In this document: positions 11,657 to 25,411 of the stretch, piece after piece | Layout: each line of letters begins with the position of its first letter | How positions within the stretch are numbered: position 1 is the first letter of the stretch | Source of the DNA: Octopus vulgaris | Lineage: Eukaryota | Length of the DNA stretch: 64,000 nucleotides | NCBI GenBank assembly: GCA_951406725.2 | Contig: OX597840.1 | Coordinates: forward strand, 26,226,001-26,290,000 | Reading direction: 5' to 3' | Notes under the pieces: generated by a model | What the model was told of the DNA's origin: nothing | Database searches by the model: none | Seen by the model: only the letters and a program-made list of their open reading frames with translations | Program-made: the position numbers and the translations under genes

Positions 11657-12859
11657 TATCTGCGGAAAATCATTCTCATAAAATCATCACTTAATTAAAC
11701 ACAAGTGCATTCGTTATGCAAAGGATCCATAGCACAGTGACATTTGTTGTATGACATTCCGTCAGAAGGTGAAGCTTGGACCTTATAAAGAACTCTACAC
11801 ATGATAGAAACTATATGAATGTGACATCTATAGTAAATCTTTGAAATGAAATTATCCATTATTGAATCAAAAGAGCATTGACAGAGGAAGGAAAACATAT
11901 CACTTTGATGTTAAACCTGAATCATTCTTTCAAAATGGTGAATTGTTTGTACACAGTCCTATTAATATGAAAGATATAACTGTAACCTAAGCTATTTGTG
12001 CTAAATCAATCTATGAAAATGATCAATTATTGAAATGTAAATGCATTGATACAGAAGAGGAACCACGATGATGATGATCCTCATCATTTAAAATTCTCCT
12101 ATTCATGCTTCTGTGGATCAGATGGAATTCATTGATGGAGATTTTCTACATCTGGGTACCTTTCTTGTGACCAATCCTCACCTGTTTCCAAGCAAGGAAA
12201 TATTTTCCCTGGTGAGACGTATGTTACGCAGAGGACTGGAAGTGAACAACTGCACAAGTATGACGGTCATGATGGCCCTTTACGAACATCACATAATATC
12301 TGGACAAGGGTCCACACACATGTATGTTCAAAGGTTTTCTTAAAGGAAATCCTTTACATTTTTTCTCTACGTGTAAATGTTTGTAATTCATATTAGGAAA
12401 TGAAACACATGTAATGCTGAATAAATAATATCAAACTCTTCTCCATTGTCCTGATGTGTTTTTTTCTAAGGTGAAAAAAAAATCGCTTCCACCTCACCCC
12501 ACCCCGGTTTTTGGACCCGTAAAAGGGTTTTGTAGCATATTATGAGGTCAGGGTAGTTGATTCCTCGCAAAAAATCTAACATTTTGATTTTTTTCTTAGT
12601 GAAAATCATGCGGGAGTTAATATAGAAATTTACCATAATGTTATTTAGCCTCAAATCAAACCTGATACAGCAAACGTATCATCAAAGACATTCCAGCCTT
12701 CAGCAAACTGTCTTTTCAGGGATAATCTAGGACATTACGTACAATGGGCATGTGATTTAGATAGGGGTATACTTTGGCTGCTATTTTTAGCATGTCGAGC
12801 GACCAGGCAGGGGCTCTCTCATTGGTTCGATTGCGTGATGAGATTTTTTAACACATATA

Positions 12860-13247
12860 GGATCTTTTCGGTTTGAACGGCAGTTTTTTTAACATAATTT
12901 CTAGGTAACTAAAAATTTTTCAACTTCGTATACTGGTAGAATGTGTTTATAAAACATCTCTCTCTCTCTTGGCTTTATTGAGAAAATTCTATGGTTTGTA
13001 AGATATTTATTGTTGTTTTTTTCTTCAATTTCTGCAATTTCAACCAATCAATGACGTCAATTGAGGTAAAAAAAAAACATGTCTGCCATATGAATATGTC
13101 CCTCGTTTATGAAACAAATAGGGTTTATTTACATTTCTGAAGAAAAAAAGATTGAAATGCAATAGATCGATACTAGGGTCATAATTATGGGTGATAATTT
13201 CATATGACACCGCTAGAAAAAAACTGCCGTTCAAACCGAAAAGATCC
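12860..13247. mobile_element. MITE with ~28-bp TIRs
   Basis: GGATCTTTTCGGTTTGAACGGCAGTTTT ... AAAACTGCCGTTCAAACCGAAAAGATCC, TA on the left; partial copies at 20316-20500, 40274-40611, 61477-61859. Confidence 0.8.
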
Positions 13248-13396
13248 ACAAAAAAGATTAATTTCTGGATCTGCCTTTCAAAGGGTAAAGACCCGGCAAG
13301 GATAAGAAACCTATAGAATAAGTCCTGCGCTGCTCCAGCGTGGCCGCAGTCACATGACTGAAACGTGTAAGGTACAGCAGCAATTATGTAAAGCCA

Positions 13397-13412
13397 AGAG
13401 TTAGTTCCCCTT
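13397..13412 (+). promoter_or_regulatory. U2 upstream motif, empty retroelement target site
   Basis: AGAGTTAGTTCCCCTT at the homologous position, with no Tx1 tail upstream. Confidence 0.75.
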
Positions 13413-14222
13413 AACGCTTCGTAATTCCCTTTAATTCTTGCTCCTGTTTCTCACGCACCTTGATTGTTTGATCAGTTCCACTTTACGACTGATATTTAAG
13501 AGGAAAACCCAATCAAATATATACAAATGATTGGTAATTAACTGTCTAAACAAACAGATACAGCATTTACGATTATGTGGACGTGAAAAATATTAATTAA
13601 TGTTTGTTGTAGAAACCTAGAAATTCTCTTGAAGCTGTCCTTGTCCACTCTGACTCCAGTTCTCACGTCTTCCTCGTTCACTCTTTCTCTCCATATCTAT
13701 TACTATGTAAGTATTTATTTAAACATTTCTATTATATATGTGTCGTATTATGTACATTTATTTGTTTCGATGTGTTGAGAAAGTTAAAAAGAAAAAAGAA
13801 TCTCACTAAGACGAAATTATACGAAAGGCTGTAATTTTAATACTTTCATTGTGTTGTCGTTTTCTTTTAGACATTTCATTGCACTTTTGGTTATTTTCTA
13901 AATTATTTGTAAAAACGTCGGATCAATCCCTTGTTTAGATAACATTTATCTTTCTTTCTAACGTGTAAATTCGACGATTTCGTTAAATGCGGGAAAATTA
14001 CGATGTAATTAGTAAGAAATGGGGAATGTATAAAAATACGAGTGTGCACTTGAAATACTGAAACGAAAAGCAAATATCGTACCGAGAGGAAATGGCTTTT
14101 ATTTGAGACAAAGGAAGTCTTTATTTCTGGCGGTTCTTCTGCATCATTACAACTTACAATTAGTATCTGGGGTTTGTTTTGTTTTTTCCGGAATTTTCAG
14201 AAAATCTTTGCAAATACGTATT

Positions 14223-14645
14223 CGCATTACGAAGAAAGAAAAGGATAACTTGCATAATTAATTGAAAACAACATTAATAAAAGTGTGCAATTCTGCTTTA
14301 AACATTATATAGCTCCTTAAAATTTTTTTCGCATTTTTCTGTGGAATTTTCGGAAAATTTTTCCAAATTTGTGATCTATATTATGAAAAAAATTGTTTTT
14401 TTTAATTTTTCCCATTTTTTAAAAAAGGTTCTACAGTGACAATTTTTTAAAAAATGGGAAAAATTGAAAAAAACAATTTTTTTCATAATATAGATCACAA
14501 ATTTGGAAAAATTTTCCGAAAATTCCACAGGAAAATGGGGAAAAACTATAAGGAGCTATATAATGTTTAAAGCAGAATTGCACCCTTTTTTAATGTTATT
14601 TTCAATTAATTATGCAATTTTATCCTTTTCTTTCTTCGTAATGCG
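14223..14645. repeat. Long fold-back inverted repeat in the U2 intron (~205-bp arms, 16-bp loop)
   Basis: 14223-14426 is the near-perfect reverse complement of 14443-14645. Confidence 0.92.
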
Positions 14646-15819
14646 TATATATTTATTATGAATGTATTTTTCACTTATCCAGATAAACAATATTTCGTTT
14701 TGAAGCAACAAGGAAGAGAAACATTAATTATAATGTGTAAGAATTTATAATTAAAAGAAAAAAACAAGAATGGCTAAATTTTAAAACTTAGTGCATAACA
14801 ATGAAAAGAAATTATAGTTTTTCCGTAAAATAAGGATAGACTTCATTGAAGCCTCTTCCATTTGCCCCATGGAGAAGGATTGTCACCAATTTTATCAATT
14901 TTTCTTAACATCAAAAATTCCCCACAAAAGATTTTGATGCTGCAAGTCAGACATCAATATTAATTACTGACTTTTATGCATCTTTTATGCTCAACAAAAG
15001 GTTAACATTAAGCTAACCACATATATATATTTGTATATTTATGCATATACAGAAAGAGGCAGAGGAGGAGTGATGTCTATTTTATAAAACAAACCTGTGT
15101 TGATACAATAGAACACTGAGGGGAAAACATCAGATATCTACTGTCATTGACATGTATATTGGTGTGTGTGTGTGTGTCTAGGACAGACGCAATGTCCAGG
15201 AGGTGTTATTACGATGGATGTGTCTGTGATATAAACCTCTTGAAAATAGAGAGATGGGATGAATATAATACTTCAGATAAAGGATCAATTCTACAATTTA
15301 TGAAAACAGAAATGTCGTAAATTTGCACTTTTGAATATCTACCTTTGAAACATACTTGATGTCTTATATTATTTTTTCTATTCTTTCAGAAAAATCACAT
15401 GAAATTGGCTAAAAAGTATTTTTTACTTTTAAAGAATCATCAATATGTATCATGTTTGAAAGGCTCTGCAAAGATATTCTACAAACGTATAATCCTGCTT
15501 CTAGAAAACATTGCTGAATTACAGTAAAATATTTCCTCTGAGAGAGAAAGCATTTCTTTACTTCTGTGTCTGAAATGTGCAAGAGATAATTTTCTCTTTT
15601 AAATATACTTTGATAGATTTCCAAAGAGTATTTGCAACATTTTTAAATATTGGCATTGATCACATATAGAAGAAATATAAGAGAAGTGATATTTGTTTGG
15701 AATAAACTATAAAAGCAAAAAGAAACAAAATATCCATATATTTTGGTGAGAGAAGAAATATTTTTGAAAAGTTGTTGATCTGTACAACTTGAAGGTTCAG
15801 GTTTATTTTTCTTGAAGAG

Positions 15820-16941
15820 ATGTCGGAAGAATTAGGAAAATCATCATATGACTGTGACATCTGCAAAGAGTCATTCTTAGAAGAAAGTAAATTCAATCAA
15901 CACAAACAAATTCATACAGAGGAAGCACCATTCCACTGTGATATCTGTGGTAAATCATTCTTAAGTAGCAGTCACTTAACACGACACATACATATTCATA
16001 CAGGAGAGAAACCATATCCCTGTGATATCTGTGGTAAATCATTCTCTCATGGCAGTAGCTTAACTAAACATAAACGTATTCATACAGGGAAGAAACCATT
16101 TACCTGTGATATCTGTGGTAAATCATTCTCTCAAAACTCTAACTTAACTACTCACAAACGTATTCATACAGGTGAGAAACCATACCACTGTGATATCTGT
16201 GGTAAATCATTCTCTGTTGGCAGTAGCTTAACTAAACATAAACGTATTCATACAGGAGAGAAACCATATCCCTGTAATATCTGTGGTAAATCATTCTCTG
16301 TTGGCAATAGCTTAACTAAACATAAACGTATTCATACAGGAGAGAAGACATATACCTGTAATATCTGTGGTAAATCATTCTCTGTTGGCAGTAGCTTAAC
16401 TGCACACAAACGTGTTCATACAGGTGAGAAACCATATCACTGTGATATCTGTGGTAAATCATTCTCTCAGGCTCATAGCTTAGATATTCACAAGCGTATT
16501 CATATAGGGGACAAACCATATCACTGTGATATCTGCGGTAAATCATTCTCTTGTGGCAGTAACTTAACTGCACACAAACGTATTCATACAGGAGACAAGC
16601 CATATCACTGTGATATCTGTGGTAAATCATTCTCTCAAAGTAGTGACTTAACTAAACATAAACGTATTCATACAGGGGAGAAACCATATCCCTGTGATAT
16701 CTGTGGCAAATCTTTCTCTGAAAACAGCAGCTTAACTCAACATAAACGTATTCATACAGGGGAGAAACCATACCACTGTGATATCTGTGGTAAATCATTC
16801 TCTGTTGGCAGTAACTTAACTAAACACAAACGTATTCATACAGGGGAGAAACCATACCACTGTGATATCTGTGGTAAATCATTCTCACAAAAAGATCACT
16901 CAATTAAACACAAGTGTATTCGCTATGAAGTTGATCCATAA
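15820..16941 (+). CDS. C2H2 zinc-finger protein U2, 373 aa, 12 fingers plus a degenerate terminal finger
   Basis: Finger repeats; [12 protein letters not shown] start; AATAAA at 17680. Confidence 0.95.
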   Translation: MSEELGKSSYDCDICKESFLEESKFNQHKQIHTEEAPFHCDICGKSFLSSSHLTRHIHIHTGEKPYPCDICGKSFSHGSSLTKHKRIHTGKKPFTCDICGKSFSQNSNLTTHKRIHTGEKPYHCDICGKSFSVGSSLTKHKRIHTGEKPYPCNICGKSFSVGNSLTKHKRIHTGEKTYTCNICGKSFSVGSSLTAHKRVHTGEKPYHCDICGKSFSQAHSLDIHKRIHIGDKPYHCDICGKSFSCGSNLTAHKRIHTGDKPYHCDICGKSFSQSSDLTKHKRIHTGEKPYPCDICGKSFSENSSLTQHKRIHTGEKPYHCDICGKSFSVGSNLTKHKRIHTGEKPYHCDICGKSFSQKDHSIKHKCIRYEVDP

Positions 16942-18619
16942 CACAGTGACATTGGTTGTATAACATTCCTTCAGAAGGACAAGTTTGTATCTCATAAAAC
17001 CCTCTACACAAGAAAGAAACTATATCAATGTGATATCAATGGTAAGCCTTTCATTTGAAATGATCCATTAACGAATCAAAAGAGCATTGACAGAGGAAGG
17101 AAAACATATCACTGTGATAGCAGTGCTTAATCATTCTATGAAAATGAAGAATTCTACACAGTCATATTAATATGAAAGATAAAACCATACCCTAAGACAT
17201 TTGTGCTAAGTCAATCTATGAAAATGATCAATTATTAAAACATAACTGCATTCATACAGAAGAGGAACCATATCACTACAAAGATGATAATCATCATCAT
17301 TTAAAATTCGCTTTTCCATGCTCCAATGGATCAGATGGAATTCATTGATGGAGATTTTCCTGGGCTGGGTACCCTTTCTTGTCACCAATCTTCACCTGTT
17401 TCCAAGCAAGGAAATATTTTCCCTGGTGAGACATATTTTACACAGAGGACTGGAAATGAACAACTGCACAAGTATGACGGTCGTGATGGCCATTTACGGA
17501 CATCACATAATGTCTGGACAAGGATACACTCACTTGTGCATACACACACACACACACACACACTCACACACGTGTATATATGTATGTATGAAGAATTTCT
17601 TATAGGAGATATTTTACATGTTTTCTCTTTGTCTAAAAGTTTGTAATTCCTATTAGGTAATGAAACACATGTAATGCTGAATAAATACTATCAAACTGTT
17701 TTCCAGTCTCCTTATGTGATATGTAATTACTCTGCAAAAAATATCCAAACCTCAGACAAAAATGATATTTATGTATATATATAATAACCAGCTTGTTTGT
17801 ACAGCTGTTATGCTTTCATTAGATTAGTGGAATAAATGAGGGGTGGGGACAGAAGTGGGGAAAAGGGAGGGTGAAATAGAGTAAGGTGATCTTATAATAA
17901 TTCTGCTTCTCATTCTGTTACTTAGCTCGTCAGTAACACTTTCATGTTATTAGAGAAAATGGGGTAGAGAGAGAAAAGATAAGACAAAGAGTGAGGCAAA
18001 TAGGGAAAGAAAGGAAAGGGAGAGACAAAAAGACTAAGAAAGAAGCAAGCATGACATGTGATAGGGGGAATGCAATAGTTATTTTATGGTTAAAAAAGCT
18101 AGCTGAAGGTCGTGATATAGAGAAGAGTTAGAAATATAATCTTAGCAGAGGGGTGATGTTCTGATGTTGATATTAAAGAAAGGCACAGAGAGAGAGATGA
18201 TGGTGGTGGTGTGTTGATAGTGAAAAGGAATTTTTTTTTTTATAGTGACCATCACTTAACACTTGCACTTCTGTGTAATTATTTATTGTCTTCTCAATTA
18301 AGAGATTGATATTTCTTTCTAAGGATTAATTTAGCCTAAACTATGGATTCACAAGAGACACAGTTGCAAGCTGCCTGAGAAAAGATGCACAGATCTAGAG
18401 CATGGAACACTAAGAAGATATAATAAAAAAGAGGAAAAAGATGGCACCGATGGTGTTGTGAGGAATTGGATGTAGACAGATGCCAAGTATATTCAAAGAA
18501 AGCTAAAACTATGAATGCTATAAAGATGCAAATCATCCTCTCTTTCTTAAATAGGTCCTCTTAATTTTTTTCCTTCTGTAGAATTTACACGGGTCCCACT
18601 AGTAATTAATAATAAACTA

Positions 18620-18840
18620 AGGTGGGGAACTGGCAGGGTCGTTAGCACATTGGGGAAAATGCTTAGCTGTGGTTCTTCTGACATGACATTTGCATTTAAA
18701 TTCTGCCAAGGTGGACTTTGTCTTTTGTCCTTTTTGGGGTTGGTGGAAATAAGCAATGGTTGAGCACTGGAAGCGACATATTCAACTTAACACACACACA
18801 AATGGAATTGCTGGCCTTGTGCCAAAATTTGAAAACAGTA
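18620..18840 (+). mobile_element. Diverged tRNA-head SINE (duplicated copies on - at ~48257-48472 and ~56637-56843)
   Basis: Colinear similarity to the 37821 SINE (CTGGCAG..TCGTTAGCAC, GACTTTG, TGGCCTTGTGCC). Confidence 0.6.
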
Positions 18841-20509
18841 CAAACTTTAATGTCGACTTCTTGCTCTTATCTGTGATAATGCCAGAAGCACGTTGGCTTG
18901 CTTCAGTAGGTTCTGTTGAACCTTGGTGTGTGGCCAACTGAGGAATTCTATCAAAGACTTTCTCCAGGCCAACAAGTGCCAAGTATAATGGTTTATTCAC
19001 AACTAAATGCTTGTATTGCAGTTGTAAGTAGGCAGACCTATACACACACACACATATATTACATTATTATTTTCAATTGAATACCATTACAAAAATTTTT
19101 TGGTATATTTAAAAAATATTTTAAAGTGAAAATGGCTTTAGAAATACTGTAAATATTTCGTAAAAGACCTGTTCATAACCTCACTGTGAAATAAATTCAT
19201 TCCATAGGTTTTTTTCAAGTGCATTCAATGTATCTCATCTCCAAAGACTTGGTTGCTATCTCTAGCATGCCCTGTTACCATACAACAGCTATTTACGATA
19301 CAGGACTCAAAATAGCTGTTACCTGGTAGCAGGGCATGCAAGAAATAGCGGTCGAATCTTTCCTTTTCTAAGGAAAGGAGCCGTTTACGTATAATTTCAA
19401 TGTCACATACATTGAAAGCATGTAAAATAACCCAGAAAAAAACAAAACAAAATCTCTGTTGGTGGGGAAACTCCAAGGTCCCCCACCACCCCTCCCCCTT
19501 TTCCGGAAGAATGTGGCGGGTGGTGGGTTTGGACTGAGCATCGTTGAATGCACTCAAAAAAAACGTGTGGAAAAAAATTATTTCACACCAAAGTACAAAC
19601 GGGTCCTTTATGAAAAAGAAAGGACGGGTCATTCGAAGCTTTCTGTCCCCTGTAAAGAACCAGGTCGTCCTCGCGATTTCGGCTGATTAATCTTGAGATT
19701 GCTCCAATCTGGCCAGCCCCAAGGAAAAAGTAAGCTAAGAGCATCAGATTCCTTGGAAGAAAGCATGGAATGTATACGAAAATAAAGACGGAAAAACAGA
19801 CGATGTTACACAAATATAAATACAAAATACAATAAAAATATTAATAATAATAACAGGACATAACAACAGGTGTCTTTCGACTGGGGACGAATTGAATTCA
19901 GCTGGTGTGTGTGGAAATGAAGCCTTACGGCAGAGATACAGAGCTTTCACAAACACACGGAAGAATATCGATGTTGCACTGACCGTGGTCAGACGCAAAA
20001 AGAGGGTTAGCTGTCTGGGCTATCGGTCACGTGGGAAGAGAAGAGAGAGAAAGAGAGGAACAAAAGAATTAAGGAGGGGAAAGAGAAGAGAGAGTTGTAG
20101 ATTTGTTCGACTACAAGCGGTGCTCCAGCATGGCCGCAGTCGAATGACTGAAACAAAAGTAAAAGCACCCTATGAATTACTGTGTGAAGAATACAGATTC
20201 ACAAATATCTGCCAACACGTGTTGCCATGCTCAAAATGATAGCTTCCAAACCCTGTTTTGTGAATGAGTAAACATAATCGAACTTTAAGCCATTGTAACT
20301 TAAAAACAACTTTTGGACCTTATCGGTTTGAACGGCAGTTTTTTCTAGCGGTGTCATATGAAATTGTCACCCATAATTATGACCCTAGTATCGATCTATT
20401 GCATTTCAATGTGTTTTAGGGTTGGGGTTTTCACCTCAATAGACGTCATTGATTGGTTGAAATTGAAGGAAAAAAACAAATATCTAATTTTTTTAATGAA
20501 AAATGTGGA

Positions 20510-20850
20510 TTTTTCCAATGTTATCACATGTCATACACAACACTGCATTTGCCATTACCCTCCTCCCACAGACACCACATGGATCCCCCTTACTCACCAA
20601 CACTTCTCCTTCCACCCCACTCACTATCACCTTTGTTTTCCCAAGGTTTACCTTCAAACCCTTGCTTTCAAATGCCTCCTTCCATTTCCAAAACTTCTCT
20701 CTCATCAGAACAAGGTCATCTGCATACAGTATCTCCATTTACAGTCTCTTTCTTGCACTCTCCTTCTCCACATCAACCACTAGTGCAAACAACAATGGTG
20801 ACAGCACAGATCCCTGATGCACACCAACTTTCACCACAAACAAGGTGGTT
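20510..20850 (-). mobile_element. Old RTE LINE RT fragment
   Basis: EILYADDLVL..ESKGLKVNLGKTKV..PCGVCGRRV; a further fragment at ~18935-19030 (KPLYLALVGLEKVFDRIP). Confidence 0.75.
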
Positions 20851-20861
20851 ACTATATATAT

Positions 20862-21705
20862 CATCATCATCATCATCATTTCATTTAACGTCCGCTCTCC
20901 ATGCTAGCATGGGTTGGACGGTTCAACAGGGGGTCTGGGGAGCCCGAAGGCTGCACCAGGCCAGTCAGATCTGGCAGTGTTTCTACAGCTGGATGCCCTT
21001 CCTAATGCCAACCACTCCGAGAGTGTAGTGGGTTATTTTATGTGCCACCGACACAGGTGCCAGACGAGGCTGGCGAACGGCCACGCTCGGATAGTGTTTT
21101 TTATGTGCCACCGACACAGGTGCCAGACGGCCACGCTCGGATGGTGTTTTTATGTGCCACCGACACAGGTGCCAGATGAGGCTGGCGAACGGCCACGATC
21201 GGATGGTGTTTGTTACGTGCCCACAGCATGGAGGCCAGTCGATGCGGTACTGGCTACAGCCACGTTCGTATGGTTTTCTTCTTAGGTTCAACTTTTCTCT
21301 CAAGGTACTTACACTCTGTCGATTATGAACACTGACATTACACATCCATCGGAGCATACTGGATTCATTTCTTGCGAGCTTACGCATATCCTCAGCAGTC
21401 ACGGCCCATGTTTCACTACCATGTAGCATGGCTGTACGTACACATGCATCATACAGTCTGCCTTTTACTCTGAGCGAGAGGCCTTTTGTCACCAGCAGGG
21501 GTAAGAGCTCTCTAAACTTTGCCCAGGCTATTCTTACTCTAGCAGTTACACTTTCAGCACACCCACCCCCGCTACTGACTTGGTCTCCTAGGTAGCGGAA
21601 GCTATCAACTACTTCTAGTTTTTCTCCCTGGAACGTGGTAGAAGTTGGTCTCTGCACATTTCCAGTGTTTATTGCTCCTGAGCATCTGCCACAGACAAAA
21701 ACTAT
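20862..21705 (-). mobile_element. 5'-truncated, internally deleted RTE LINE with (ATG)n tail
   Basis: 21283-21705 closely matches 26770-27190; 20862-21270 matches the 3' UTR and tail of the element at 25412. Confidence 0.88.
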
Positions 21706-21716
21706 TTATATATATA

Positions 21717-22209
21717 CTGTAAATCCTCGAGTATAGTCCGCCCTTGAGTATAACACCTAAACCTAAACCTTGTGTATAATACACACCCCTTCTCTAACTT
21801 GAGTCATGCGTCATTAAGCCAGCAGCACCTAGTCAAACAAACACTTCCACGCGTGCATAATACAATAGTGGTGATGTTTTTAACTATTATATGGGAATGT
21901 AAATATGTTTCCAAATTGTTTTTGTTACATGTTATTCTGTGTTCTGAATACTTTTATTTTAATAAATGTTGCTTATTGCAAGTTATGGATGATTATTTTA
22001 TGACTTCATTGCTTTCAGGCTTAGCGTAAGGTATTTTCGCGCCTGACAGCACAAAATGCGTCTGAATAAACATTGCATGACAGCAAAATAGAGACTCGGA
22101 CATTGCTTAGAAAACATTTTTCAATTTTAACCTGGTATATAGTACACACTAGGGATTTTGACCCATAAATTTTGGGAAAACAATGCGGATTATACTCAAG
22201 GATTTACGG
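21717..22209. mobile_element. pogo/Tc1-type MITE
   Basis: TIRs CTGTAAATCCTCGAGTATAGTCCGC / GCGGATTATACTCAAGGATTTACGG, TA on both sides. Confidence 0.8.
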
Positions 22210-23043
22210 TATACATATATATTATTTTTGTGGGCGGTTTGGATGATATTTTTTGCGGAGTAATTACATAACACATAAGGACAATAGAGAAAAGTTTGAT
22301 ATTATTTATTCAGCATTACATGTGTTTCATTTCCTAATAGGAATTACAAACTATTAGATGTGTAGAAAACATATAAGATATAAGAAAATCTTCAGACATA
22401 CATAAGTGTGTGTGTGTGTGTGTGCACCCTTGTCCAGATATTATGTGGTGTTCATAAATGGCCATCATGACCGTCATACTTCTGTAGTTGTTCATTTCCA
22501 GTCTTCTGTGTAAAATATGTCTCACCAGGGAAAATATTTCCTTGCTTGGAAACAGGGAAGGTATCAATGAATTCAATCTGATCCATAGAAGAATGTAAAA
22601 GTGAATGTTAAATGATGAGGATCATCATCATCGTAGTGATATGGTTCCTCTTCTGTTTGAATTCATTTACGTTATAATTGATCATTATCAGATATCTTAG
22701 GGTATGGCATATCCTTCATATTAACAGGACTGTGTATAATTAATTCACCATTTTGAAAGAATGATTCAGGTTTAACATCACAGTGATATGTTTTCCTTCC
22801 TCTGTCAATGCTCTTTTGATTCAATAATGGATGATTTCATGTCAAAGATTTACTATAGATGTCACATTCATATAGTTTCTATATTCTGTGGATGTCTTTA
22901 TGAGATACGTCCTTTGTCCTTCTGAGGAAATGTTATACAACAAATATCACTGTGTTATGGACCCACTTCATAAGGAAAGACTTCTGTTTAAATCAGAAAT
23001 GATTTTGTGTAAATGATTTGCCACAGATATCACTGTCAATTTA

Positions 23044-23205
<162 letters not shown>

Positions 23206-24327
23206 TTATGGTTTGTCCCCTGTATGAATACGCTTGTGTTTAGTTAAGCAGCTGAGAACAGAGAATGATCTTCCACAGATATCACAGTGATATGGTTTCT
23301 CACCTGTATGAATACGCTGGTGCTTCGTTAAGTTACGTCCATCAGAGAAGAATTTACCACAGATATCACAGTGATATGGTTTCTCACCTGTATGAATACG
23401 TTTGTGTATAATTAAGCTACTTCCATCAGAGAATGATTTACCACAGATATCACAGTGATATGGTTTCTCACCTGTATGAATACGCTGGTGCTGCGTTAAG
23501 TTACGTCCATCAGAGAAGGATTTACCACAGATATCACAGTGATATGGTTTCTCACCTGTATGAACACGTATGTGAGTAGTTAATTCACCTCCTCGAGAAA
23601 ATGATTTACCACAGATATCACAGTGAAATGGTTTCTCACCTGTATGAATGAGTTTGTGTCTAGTTAAGTTACTTCCCTCATAGAATGATTTACCACAGAT
23701 ATCACAGTGAAATGTTTTCTCACCTGTATGAATGCGCTTGTGAGCAGTTAAGCTACCACTATGAGAGAATGATTTACCACAGATATCACAGGAATAAGGC
23801 TGCTCTCCTGTATGAACCCGTTTGTGTTGAGTTAAGTTAGCTTCTTGATAGAATGATTTACCACAGATATCACAGTGGTATTGTTTGTCCGCTGTATGAA
23901 TACGTTTGTGAATAGCTAAGAAATTATAACGAGAGAATGATTTACCACAGATATCACAGTGATGTGGTTTCTCCCCTGTATGAATACGTTTGTGAGTAGT
24001 TAAGTTAGAGTTTTGAGAGAATGATTTACCACAGATATCACAGGTAAATGGTTTCTTCCCTGTATGAATACGTTTGTGTTTAGCTAAGCTGCTGCCAACA
24101 GAGAATGATCTTCCACAGATATCACAGGTATATGGTTTCTCACCGGTATGAACACGTTTGTGAGTAGTTAAGCTACTGCGAACAGAGAATGATTTACCAC
24201 AGATATCACAGGGATATGGTTGTTCCCCTGTATGGATTTGTTTGTGTTGATTGAATTTACTTTCTTCTAAGAATGACTCTTTGCAGATGTCACAGTCATA
24301 TGATGATTCTCTTAATTCTTCCGACAT
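23206..24327 (-). CDS. C2H2 zinc-finger protein U3, 373 aa, 13 fingers
   Basis: Finger repeats; poly(A) signal at 22305-22310. Confidence 0.95.
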   Translation of the reverse strand: MSEELRESSYDCDICKESFLEESKFNQHKQIHTGEQPYPCDICGKSFSVRSSLTTHKRVHTGEKPYTCDICGRSFSVGSSLAKHKRIHTGKKPFTCDICGKSFSQNSNLTTHKRIHTGEKPHHCDICGKSFSRYNFLAIHKRIHTADKQYHCDICGKSFYQEANLTQHKRVHTGEQPYSCDICGKSFSHSGSLTAHKRIHTGEKTFHCDICGKSFYEGSNLTRHKLIHTGEKPFHCDICGKSFSRGGELTTHIRVHTGEKPYHCDICGKSFSDGRNLTQHQRIHTGEKPYHCDICGKSFSDGSSLIIHKRIHTGEKPYHCDICGKFFSDGRNLTKHQRIHTGEKPYHCDICGRSFSVLSCLTKHKRIHTGDKP

Positions 24328-25085
24328 CTCTTCAAGAAAAATATAATCAATCCTTCAAGTTGTAAAGATCAACAACTTTTCAATACTAATTCTCCTCTCA
24401 CCAAAATATATGGATATTTTGCTTCTTTTTGGTTTAATAGTCAATTCCAAACAAATATCACTTCTCTTATATTTCTTCTAAATGTGATCAATGCCAATAT
24501 TTAAAAATGTTGCAAATACTCTTTGGAAATCTATCAAAGTATATTTAAAAGAGAAAATTATCTCTTGCACATTTCAGACACAGAAGTAAAGAAATGCTTT
24601 CTCTCTCAGAGGAAATATTTTACTGTAACTCAGCAATGTTGTATAGAAGCAGGAGTATACGTTTGTAGAATATCTTTGCAGAGTCTTTCAAACATGATAC
24701 ACATTGATGATTCTTTAAAAGTAAAAAATACTTTTTAGCCAATTTCATATGATTTTCTGAAAGAATAGAAAATATAAGATAAGACATCAAGTATGTTTAA
24801 AAGGCAGATATTCAAAAGTGCAAATTTACGACATTTCTGTTTTCCTAAATTGTAGAAGTAATTCTTTATCTGAACTATTAAATTTATCCCATTTCTGCAT
24901 TACCGAAATGTTTATATCATCGAGTAGACACATCTATTATAATACCAACTCCTGGAATATAAAGTCTGTCATAGACACACTTCCACACACACCAATATAC
25001 ATATAAATGACACTAGATTTCTGATGTTATCATTGCAGTCTTGTATCTTTGTTTGCTAAAACAGACATCGCTCTTTCTCTACCTT

Positions 25086-25380
25086 CATCATCATCGTTTA
25101 ACATCTGCTTTCCACACTGGCATGGGTTGTGAGGTTTGACTGAGGACTGGCAAGCCATGAGGCTGAACAAGGTTTCAATCTTATCAGGCAAGATTTCTAC
25201 AGCTGGATGCTGTTTGAGCATGTAGCGGTTGCCTTTTATGTGCCACAGAGCCAGTCAGGTAGCATTGGCACGACCATGCTTGAATGGTGCTTTGTATGTG
25301 CCACCGGCATGGGTGCAAGTCAGGCAGCACTAGCATCAATCATGCTCGAATGGTACTTTTTACATGCCACCTGCATGGGA
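25086..25380 (-). mobile_element. Diverged RTE 3'-end fragment
   Basis: (CAT)n-CGTTTAAC start; similar to the reverse complement of 27700-28085. Confidence 0.65.
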
Positions 25381-25411
25381 GCCATTTATACAAATACATA
25401 TATATATATAT

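Noticed and set aside
15409-15896. Recurrent 71-78 aa antisense ORFs (MEIYQSIF..., MNLLSSKN...) across units
   Set aside because: Non-ATG starts, broken in some copies, explained by recent duplication of the leader
19740-20110. Repeat-like segment with CTGA...GAAA on the minus strand, considered as a Penelope hammerhead ribozyme
   Set aside because: CTGANGA core and stems not found; left unclassified
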